Position numbers and translations under genes: made by a program. From Octopus sinensis (Eukaryota), in NCBI RefSeq assembly GCF_006345805.1, contig NW_021828482.1, positions 1 to 8,296 on the forward strand: a stretch of DNA of 8,296 nucleotides. Reading direction: 5' to 3'. Below, piece after piece: positions 1 to 7,895 of the stretch (the stretch's first letter is position 1; the number at the start of each line of letters is the position of its first letter). Under the pieces are notes generated by a model. It was not told the origin of the DNA and did no database searches. It saw only the letters and a list, made by a program, of their open reading frames with translations.

Positions 1-100
1 TTATATATATAATATATATATATATATATACTTATTTATTTTCTTATATATATATATATATATATATATACTTATTTATTTTCTATATATATATATATAT
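1..100. repeat. (TA)n microsatellite with a 40-bp-period duplication of CTTATTTATTTTCT
   Basis: Seen: TA runs separated by identical CTTATTTATTTTCT at 31-44 and 71-84. Confidence 0.9.
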
Positions 101-369
101 TGTTTTCGTATACATTCGCTGCTTTCTTCCAAGGAATCTAATGCTTTTAGCCTAATTTTTCTTTGGTGCTGGCCAGATTAGAGCAATCTCGAGTATAACC
201 AGCCGAAATTGCAAAGATAATCTGGAACTTGACTGAGGAAAGAAAACTCCGAATGACCCATCCTCTTGTTTTCTTGTTTTCTTTGTATCGTCTTTCTGGA
301 TGTTTTATTGCCCCTTTTTTGTATCACCTAACTGTTTGGATGTTTTATGTTCTTGTCCCATTTTGTATT
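100..369 (+). repeat. Dispersed repeat, copy 1 (5'-shorter copy); possible Penelope pLTR/3'UTR or retrozyme-like unit
   Basis: Seen: aligns to 734-977; by manual count there are 17 differences over the first 160 bp (~89% identity). It starts directly after one (TA)n and ends in another. It has internal duplications (TCTTGTTT tandem near 264-282; GGATGTTTTA at 298-307 and 338-347). Family assignment is inference. Confidence 0.9.
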
Positions 370-376
370 ATATATG

Positions 377-379
<3 letters not shown>

Positions 380-407
<28 letters not shown>
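380..407. repeat. (TA)14 microsatellite
   Basis: Seen directly. Confidence 0.95.
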
Positions 408-977
408 GCGGCGTACGTACACTTTGGTCTCTTATATGTAAGTATATATTTACCTAAATCCTGTACGACTCTATTCTTTTATTCTTTCCTTCTTTCTATC
501 AGCCCTTTCACGCTTACTTCGTTCATTTCACTCTTCGTTCTTTCGTTCCCAATCTCTCACATTTCCTTGCCTTTTCTTCATGCTCACTTTCCCTCCTCTT
601 TTCACTTCACTGTGTCATTGTCATTTTTTTTCGCCCCTCCTTATTTCTTCTCTCACTCGGCCTCTACCTCTCTCTCTTCTCTCCCTACGTGACCGGTGTT
701 GTATTTGTGTAACCATCTCCGTTTTTTCCGTCCTTGTTTTCGTATACATTCGCTGCTTTCTTCCAGGGAATCTATGCTCTTAGCTTAGTTTTTCCTTGGG
801 GCTAGCCAGATTGGAGTAATCTCGAGTATAACCAGCCAAAATTGCACAGATAATCTGAAACTCAACTGAGGAAAGAAAATTTCGAATGACCCGTCCTTGT
901 TTTCTTTATATCGTCTTTGTTGTCTCTTTTTTTAATCACCTGTCTGGATGTTTTGCTTTCTTGTCCCATTTTGTATT
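408..977 (+). repeat. Dispersed repeat, copy 2 (shared part 734-977) with a strongly pyrimidine-rich upstream extension (~470-733)
   Basis: Seen: 734-977 matches 100-369, and the segment is bounded by (TA)n on both sides. Treating 408-733 as part of the same element is inference from the TA-tract boundaries. Confidence 0.7.
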
Positions 978-978
978 T

Positions 979-1034
979 TATATATATATATATATATATA
1001 TCTATATATATATATATATATTGTGTGTGTGTGT

Positions 1035-1069
<35 letters not shown>

Positions 1070-1234
1070 TGTGGTGTGTGTGTGTGTGTGTGTGTGTGTG
1101 TTGTGGTGTGTGTGTGTGGTGTATGTGTGTGTGTGTGTGTGTGGTTTGCGTGTATGTGCGTGTGTGTGCGTGTGTGTGCGTGTGTGTGGTGTGTGTGTGT
1201 GTGTGCGTGTGTGCATGCATGTATATATATATAT
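979..1234. repeat. Compound microsatellite (TA)n - imperfect (TG)n - (TA)n
   Basis: Seen: TA 979-1020, TG with TGG interruptions ~1022-1213, TA 1222-1234. This explains the ORFs at 886, 917, 932, 948 and 1002. Confidence 0.95.
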
Positions 1235-1558
1235 TAGGGTGATGCAAAATAACTTGTCAATTCAAAAAATCGAAGGCACCCTCTAATTTTATTTAATTTA
1301 GAGTAAAAACTCAACATGCAAAATTTCAGCACAACTGAAGACATTTTAGAGGTTGCTGCCATCTAGTGAACATTTTGTATATTGTTATTTTTCAGTTTGT
1401 ATTTATTGTACATTTATCTATTTTGTAGATTTCATCAAAAATGGTAGTCGCCAACATATAGCAGTCATAACAGACTCTGAACCTCTTTCTGCAAGCCTTT
1501 TCATCTCTTTCGTTGCTATAGACACCGTAGCCGAACTTTCTACAATCATTTCTTTGCT

Positions 1559-1601
1559 GTGACGTCACTGTGGCGGCCGCGTCAGTATAAGAGCGGCGTC
1601 A
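1559..1601 (+). promoter_or_regulatory. Candidate transposase promoter module (CRE palindrome, repeated CGTCA, TATA-like)
   Basis: Seen: palindrome GTGACGTCAC 1559-1568, CGTCA at 1563/1580/1597, TATAA 1586-1590, in a GC-rich patch ~70-110 bp upstream of ATG 1673. Function is inference. Confidence 0.35.
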
Positions 1602-1672
1602 CTAACACTGTATCTTTGCTGCCTTCGCCGAGAGTGATTGTATAGAACTATAGGTATTGCTCAGTTCCACTC

Positions 1673-3470
1673 ATGGAACGGCATACGCGTCACGAAACAG
1701 TTGTTTGGTTCATAGGACATCCTATAGAGTCCTTCAAAGAAACCCAGCTTCCCTCTAAGAGGGGAAAATTAGCACTGTTTATGAAATACAAGAGCAACAA
1801 AAAGCAACAGGTGAAAACAGTGGCTATGTCGACTGCGAGAGATGTTATGGACGTGTGGGAAAAGGCACGCATCCCAATAGTGTTGAGATGTCATGTCGTG
1901 GAGAGAGTAAAAAAACTTATCAACGAGTGGGAGAAACTAAAGAACAGAAATAATAAGAAGCAAGCACCTTCAAAAACAAGAGAGCTGGCAAAATGACTTG
2001 AAAGATCTGTTTGAAAATGCACATGCAAGAGGTCTTGACATGATAAAGATAGATGAAGACCGTGAGTAGTTTTTGATGCTGCAATGAGAAAAAGGAAGAA
2101 AAGGCAAAATGGCTGAAGGGGATAAAGTTTTTTCACAAATGGAAGAGATTGCTAGAGAAAAGGAAACATTGCTTGAAAAGAAAAGAAAGAGAGAAACAGC
2201 CGTGTTCGAAACAGCAGTGCTCTCAAGTTCAAGTCCTTCGAGTTTGAATCAAGATAGTTCAACTTCACAAGAATAATTTGTTGCTGACTCTCAGCAGCCA
2301 TCAACTTCGAGACAAAGTAGATTAAAGTCTAATAGTGCAAATCTTGTGGATTCATCAATGCTTGTATCTCTTGATGCTGCAAAAGTAAGCGAGAGAGCTA
2401 CTTCGGCAATCTTGATCCCAACAATCAATACTCATGGGCAAAACCCTGAAGAATACAGTGTTAGTTATTCATCGATACGGAGATCAAGACAAAGGAACTG
2501 CAAGGCAATGGCAGAACATTTGAAGCAGGATTTTGAAACAATTTGTCCTCTCGAAATACATTGGGATGTCAAACTAGTAGAAGATATTACTGGTCATGAA
2601 AATGTTGAACGACTACCAGTTCTAATTTCCGGCCAAGGAGTTGATTAGCTTCTTGGTATTCCTAGACTTGCCAGAGGAACTGGTCAAAACATTGCAGATG
2701 CTGTCCTTCACTTAGTACTGGAGTGGAATATATCTGACCAAGTGGAGGGCATATGTTTTGACACCACTGCCTCCAACACGGGTTCTAAGAGTGGTGATTG
2801 TATGTTACTAGAGCAAAGATTGGATAAAGATATGCTGTGGCTGACTTGCCAACATCATGTGTTCGAAATAGTGTTAGAAGCTGCAGTTTCTGTCTCCTTG
2901 CCATCTTCTACTGTCCCTGACATACAACTGTTTAAGAGATTCAAAGCAAAAGGCTGACAAAATTGTAAGTGCTACACTCAATACGCTTTTAAGACATTTG
3001 TGATACCTCTCTGGAGAGCTTGTGGGGCTTGCATTTTTTTATTCAATTGTTTCGAATGATACAAAAAAACAAAATGAAGCAGGCTCTGCAGAAACCAGTT
3101 GACTCAAAACCGAGCAAACGAGCATCAATACGAGCATGAATCAGCTGGGCAGAAACAACTGCAGGATTTCGTTACTGCCAACACAAAAAGATTCTTTGAA
3201 ATCCTAGAGGTGCCTTTCACCTTTCTTGAAAAAGATGCTGAAGAATGGAATGATGATGAAAGTTATGCGAATGCAAGAGATATCGCATATGGACTCAAAG
3301 TGTGGAAAACGGACTCAAATGTTGGACTCATATGGATTCAAACGTTGTGGAAAGAGGTGTACAACAAGCTGATAACGAATGATGAAAAGCAGAAACAATA
3401 CCTTCGTCAAATTATTAAAAGTGACAGGTTGTCACTCTCAAACAAAAACAAAAAACATTACTCTTCACAA
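1673..3470 (+). pseudogene. hATm-type DDE transposase pseudogene
   Basis: Seen by manual translation: N-terminal VWFIG..QLPS..VWEKARIP..HVVERVKKL; frameshift at ~1941-1960 into WQNDLKDLFENAH..EDRE*FLMLQ*EKGRKG; HWDVK (first D 2565-2567); ERLPVLISG; LLGIPRL..GTG; CFDTTASNTG (second D 2760-2762); CQHH (CxxH, 2847-2858); RHL*YLSGELVGLAFF (2992-3039); LQDFVTANTKRFF; NVVERGV (E at 3350-3352, out of frame); YNKLITNDEKQKQYL. In-frame stops at 2067, 2085, 2274, 2646 and 3001, plus further frameshifts near 2955, 3070 and 3135. The 3' end coordinate is approximate. Confidence 0.92.
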
Positions 3471-3894
3471 AAAAAAAATATTTACATAAGTGGTTATGAC
3501 ATGCATACTGGGGAAACTTCCATATTTTAAAAGGCTAACGCGCTATACACTGTACCCCACTATAGCTTAGAATGTCATCGTTTATTTTTCAAACTAGGCT
3601 AACTAGGTATATATCAAACCTGTTCCGGCAAAAATATCAGCACAACAATATTTTTGAGCACAAACTGATGTACCTTTTTTTTGAAAGCTTGGTAGCCACC
3701 TCTAATTTTCTCTTTTTCAACCCCAAATTTCGCATACAATGCTTTCTTAGGGAGGTGTCTCCCTGAAAATTAAAAAAAAAACAAAACATTTTGACTACTT
3801 TTTTGCATCACCCTAATATATATATAGAACAAATCCCACCACTAATGAAGCGCCTCCTAGTAACACAAAGATCAAAGTAGTAATAGCCCCGCCC

Positions 3895-3912
3895 CACACA
3901 CACACACACACA
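3895..3912. repeat. (CA)9 microsatellite
   Basis: Seen directly. Confidence 0.9.
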
Positions 3913-3940
3913 ACATAACACGAACACAGATATACCTAAT

Positions 3941-4307
3941 AATTCATGTAGCTTCAGGGATAGAAGTAAGTGCCAATTCTCTAATAGATGTAAGACTAAA
4001 AACTAAGTTTACCAATGTGACGTATACACAAAGAGCCATATAAAATCCTACATAGGAATCACGAAAAACCAAATGATACTTCGCTACAACGCACGCCAAC
4101 CTAGCGTCAGAAATAGGAGTAAGGCAAATTCAACAGGGCTTAGTAGCTATATCTGGGAGCTTAAGGACAAAAAAATTTAGATTAGAATGGCGCATACTCG
4201 CAAAAGCTACTTCTTACAACTCTACCAATAGACGGTGCGATCTCTGTTTAACCGAACGCCTGGAAATTCTAAGGGCTAAACTGTCTCTTCTGAACAGAAC
4301 ATATGAG
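3941..4307 (+). pseudogene. Penelope-like retroelement remnant: Cys-rich linker plus GIY-YIG endonuclease
   Basis: Seen by manual translation: NSCSFRDRSKCQFSNRCKTKN*VYQCDVYTKSHIKSYIGIT..LRYN..STGLSSYIWELKDK (3941-4174; stop 4004-4006; YIG 4049-4057). After a frameshift at ~4175 it reads FRLEWRILAKATSYNSTNRRCDLCLTERLEIL..LLNR (CDLC 4236-4247). This matches the recalled PLE C-terminal pattern CxC..CP..C..VVY..YIG..LS.YIW.LK..W.IL..Y..CxLCL.EK..LLN. No RT domain is present. Confidence 0.85.
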
Positions 4308-4427
4308 AACAGTATTTTTTATCTACATATAGTCCTCTTTAAAAGTATCGGTAAACCCGCTTGACCCTGAATAAATCCTACGCTAGCTTCTTCATCGAAA
4401 TAATACCAAATTGGACACCATGTTTTC

Positions 4428-4442
4428 TTTTTTTTTTTTTTT
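4428..4442. repeat. Poly(T)15 tract
   Basis: Seen directly. Confidence 0.85.
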
Positions 4443-4904
4443 AAAGTGGCTACAAAACAAAAATCCAATTCCGTTCGAAAGAGGTGTAAATTTCATAATG
4501 CAAATTTAGCGACAGTGGATGTTATTTCACGTATTAAGAAAATGGTACAATAAAAACCAAAACAGTGTTCTTCAAAACAACAAAATTGAACAATAACTCA
4601 CGCGATTCAAAATTACGTCCAACGTATGTAACAATCAATTCCCCTGCCTGAGATATGTCTACTCAGTATTGAGTAATTTCTTTGTTGTTTACGCACTTCA
4701 AATACAGCTGCTGTTGTTACCACTCCTACCATCACTATATTACTATTACTGTGTACACAAAAGTAGATAGACAACGAAAGCATTGTTTACAGAGAGGATA
4801 GTGTTCCTGTTAATGTTTGTATGATTGTCGTTGTATCGGTGACGCAGCGAGTAAAGTTCTGATGAATACTCTTGAAATTTAATGTTTTCTTTTTTCTGGC
4901 TATT

Positions 4905-4922
4905 GCTGCTGCTGCTGCTGCT
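4905..4922. repeat. (GCT)6 trinucleotide repeat
   Basis: Seen directly. Confidence 0.85.
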
Positions 4923-5162
4923 ATTGTTTCTATATTTGTTATTGTTGCTCTTATTGATGTCAATTTTGTTTCCGACGATGTTAATTACTTTTGTTTAATC
5001 CCGCCTTTTCTATATTGATTTTCTTAATTTCTTTGTTCTTTATTTCAAATTTATTATTCTATCTTCAGTTAAATTTGATCGGTATACAAACTATTAGTAC
5101 ACCATTTCAATATGTATGTATGTGTTTGTACTTGTGTGTCTGTGTGTACGTGTATATCTGTA

Positions 5163-5375
5163 CAAGAGGATGCTGGAAAGTCACTGGCTTTGGGTAAAAG
5201 AAAATAGAGGAGGATTGCTTAATTATGATTTTATTCAACATATTTCCCTCTGAAACACCCTTATTGCAGTTGTCCTTCAGTTTTTCTAAGCCCTGTAAAA
5301 GTACTCGGAAGGTTGGGTCTCCAAACAGTTCTTTCGCGATACCCTTAAAACCAGGGACTTTTCAGCACCCTCTCG
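5163..5375 (-). mobile_element. Tc1/mariner-derived MITE (213 bp), internally deleted
   Basis: Seen: 29-bp TIRs at 5163-5191 and 5347-5375 (24/29 match; consensus-like CGAG.GG.TGCTGAAAAGT.CCTGG), with TA on both sides (5161-5162, 5376-5377). The minus strand 5289-5231 encodes EKLKDNCNKGV/RGKYVE*, a mariner transposase C-terminus (..RW.KCV...G.YVE*), with AATAAA overlapping the stop. Confidence 0.92.
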
Positions 5376-7362
5376 TACGTGCACGCCATGTAACTGAAAT
5401 AGAACATTCGTACAGTTTTAGGGATTTATATCACTCTTCTCCCGTAAGAAATTCTTTTTTACATAGATTATAACTAATATTTCGGAATCTATGCCCCATT
5501 CAAATGTTCTCATAACCTCATTCTGTCGCTAAATCTTTTGCTTTGCATTATTCCTCAGCCAAATGTCCGTGAGAAATCCAAAGCAGGCCTTTTGTTTAAA
5601 GGTTCTACAGGTAGAAAGCGATTCCTTGTACTGATCCTCACAGAAACTTCAAGCCATGTCAATATAACATGGTAGCTGTGAATTTATTTTCCTTTAAAAT
5701 AAGGGAAATAAAATTTCTCCCACCATATCATTTGAATGAACGAATGCGTTATAAGAATGCTATATAAAAATATAAACTGACTCGATACTATATTCCATCA
5801 ATTTTTGGAGGGATGAAAAACAAAGTTAAAATGAGATCATATAGCAGTTAATCCGAACGCCCTAACGATTTCGCTAAACCTCTGTCTTACTGACGGGAAG
5901 AGTAGCATCTGGACTCGCAACCGTTACATCATATCATAATTTGAAGGATTTATTTTATTTACAAAGTACAGGCTACAAAATATCCAATCCTCAGTTTGTG
6001 ACCGAAAATGTCGATTATATCACATGTATGTGAAAGATATAACGCACATTTCAAACAGTTCTTCATATAGGCTTATTAATGCAGTATGGTGTTATTGCAA
6101 AATAAAATAAAATAAAATAATTAAATAATTCGATAGGAAGACTACGATGGGATAAATATAGAAAATATTTTTGTTGTCGAATCTATGCATATGTTTCAAC
6201 AAGATTTTTACCTCAAAACTTCTGCTGAGTAAAAAATTAGCTTTATACAGTGGTATATAAAAAAATATGTGCAGGTATAAAGGTCACCTATTAACATATT
6301 TGAAATCTATGAAAAACAGAATATTTACAGGTGAGTCTTATAAACTTATTGATTCTTTTTACCTAGGGTTATAAATTTACGTTAAGGCAATTGGACACCA
6401 GATGTCCAGGTGGTAACCTTTAAAAGCTGAGTTTTCAATTAATGAGAGCTATTAGGTAAGTTAAACTTTACAACAACTTGTAAGTGGAACAGAAAAAGTA
6501 GGCAAGAACTTTTTGATTACCATCATGTAAATATTGTCAGGTGTTGTTATCTAAAATCTTATTCTTTATTGCAAGGGTCTATACTAGAAAATAAAGATAA
6601 GACATATAGTCATATCTCTAGATTTATAAATATCAATGCATATACAAATATAGTTATATTGGGAAAACGCCATCTTCCCAATCCTGTTTTCTACTTGGAT
6701 AAAATTATCAAAAATAAACCTCTGTAATACTCTTCGACAACTTTTCTGGAACAAGTGAATAACAAAATCAGATTCAGCGTGGAAAATTACATCAATATAC
6801 CAAATTTCACTTAATTCTAAAATTTCAAGAATTGGTCTATTAAATAATTAACTGTTTTGAGTCATTGTTTTAGAGAAATTCTCCACGTGATAAATTTATA
6901 TACCATTATATATGGAAGCAAAAATTACGTGATTACCAGTATATTTATCCGCTATAAATTGTTGAAGGCACTTCTTTGAAGTGTAACTGATAATTCTATC
7001 AAAACTTAATGAAATAATAAATGCGTTGATTTCAGTCTTCATGTTTATGTCCTCATTGGAAATCGCTGACAATTATTGATGTTATTCGTACCACGCTTAA
7101 AATATGACTCGTGTGTCAATAACACTTCTCATGTACCAAACAACCGTTAGTAATAAGTTTCTCTGTACGTACCATGTGCATGTGAACAAAAGTATAATTT
7201 CCCCCTTGTTGCTCTGTGTTTATGTGACTACTAAAAATAATGAAGGTAAAACACTATAAGTATGAGACAAAATATACATACTGAGTATCATTTAAATTAA
7301 GCTCCTCCACGTGTACTCCTGCATGGCTGGAGTCCATTTACTGAAACAAATAAAAGAGGAGG

Positions 7363-7366
<4 letters not shown>

Positions 7367-7398
<32 letters not shown>
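7367..7398. repeat. (CA)16 microsatellite with degenerate extension to ~7428
   Basis: Seen directly; explains ORF 7297-7509. Confidence 0.95.
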
Positions 7399-7403
<5 letters not shown>

Positions 7404-7595
7404 ACTCACGCATGTACACACACATATATGATTTAATAAATACAGAATTTTTAAGGTGAGCTACTATAGCTTTCATGCACAGATGAAGCTTGTATGGCGT
7501 GCCGTGCACTAGCCTGCAATCTTTCAGGCTAAAAATATTAGCATTTTCACTGATGTTGCAAATAACCAGTATGCTGGATGCTGTATTAATACCAA

Positions 7596-7895
7596 AAGGT
7601 CATATTTCTATCAAACCTAACATGAATGTTTTGTTAGACCGCCGAATACTGCGTTACTAGTTTTGAGAGATCCTCTTATATAGCCGTTTGGTCAAGCATA
7701 CGGTGACGCTTCCCACTGATGATACCCAGGAGAATGGAATCACGATATGGGAATTCTAGTGTCAGTGAGGGACGGCTCTCATCTGCTACGTTCAATGCGT
7801 GTGCTTTTATGTATCAAGAGCCTAATAAGGCTGATAACGCAGTATTCGGTGTTCTGACAAGACATCCATGTGGATTTGGATATAAGGATTACCTT
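7596..7895. mobile_element. Unclassified fold-back / MITE-like element with long imperfect inverted repeats
   Basis: Seen: 7621-7656 vs the reverse complement of 7835-7870 matches 31/36, including a perfect 15-bp core CCGAATACTGCGTTA. Weaker similarity extends outward to AAGGT (7596-7600) / ACCTT (7891-7895). No clean TSD; outer boundaries uncertain. Confidence 0.7.

Larger units (their letters stand above)
1235..3815 (+). mobile_element. hAT-superfamily DNA transposon, hATm-type, non-autonomous (2581 bp)
   Basis: Seen: the left end TAGGGTGATGCAAAA (1235-1249) is the exact reverse complement of 3801-3815, and the match extends imperfectly to ~26 bp (..GTCAA). ATATATAT flanks both sides (1227-1234, 3816-3823), and removing the element plus one copy restores a perfect (TA)8. 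An internal transposase remnant is present. Established: hAT elements make 8-bp TSDs and have YAG.. termini. The hATm label is from recalled motif patterns. Confidence 0.92.

Noticed and set aside
300-1286. ORFs at 300, 580, 886, 917, 932, 948 and 1002
   Set aside because: They are translations of (TA)n, (TG)n and pyrimidine tracts (YI, CV, HT repeats; F/S/L-rich), with no domain signal.
4746-4995. Minus-strand open frame of ~80 codons containing IVGNKID, like a GTPase G4 (NKxD) motif
   Set aside because: A stop lies 7 codons upstream of the motif region, there is no credible splice acceptor, and no other G-box is present. The strand is T-poor, so long stop-free frames are expected.
4443-5990. 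Short similarity GGCTACAAAA..ATCCAAT after T-rich runs near 4445 and 5970
   Set aside because: Only ~25 bp with gaps and no extension; too weak to call a repeat family.
4409-6400. 12-bp exact repeat AATTGGACACCA at 4409 and 6389 (also GAAAGAGGTGTA at 3350 and ~4468)
   Set aside because: About two chance 12-mer matches are expected in 8.3 kb, and neither extends.
6275-6461. Good splice-donor matches (CAG|GTGAGT 6328-6336; TAG|GTAAGT ~6453-6461) and a possible 56-nt exon at 6275-6330
   Set aside because: The acceptor lacks a pyrimidine tract, the peptide is unrecognisable, and isolated donors are common by chance.
7311-7369. 10-bp perfect inverted repeat GTGTACTCCT / AGGAGTACAC
   Set aside because: Within chance expectation for this window size, and partly driven by the adjacent CA repeat.
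7714-7770. CTGATGA inside the fold-back element, as a second hammerhead candidate
   Set aside because: No GAAA follows the possible stem, and there is no stem I pairing around a UH site.
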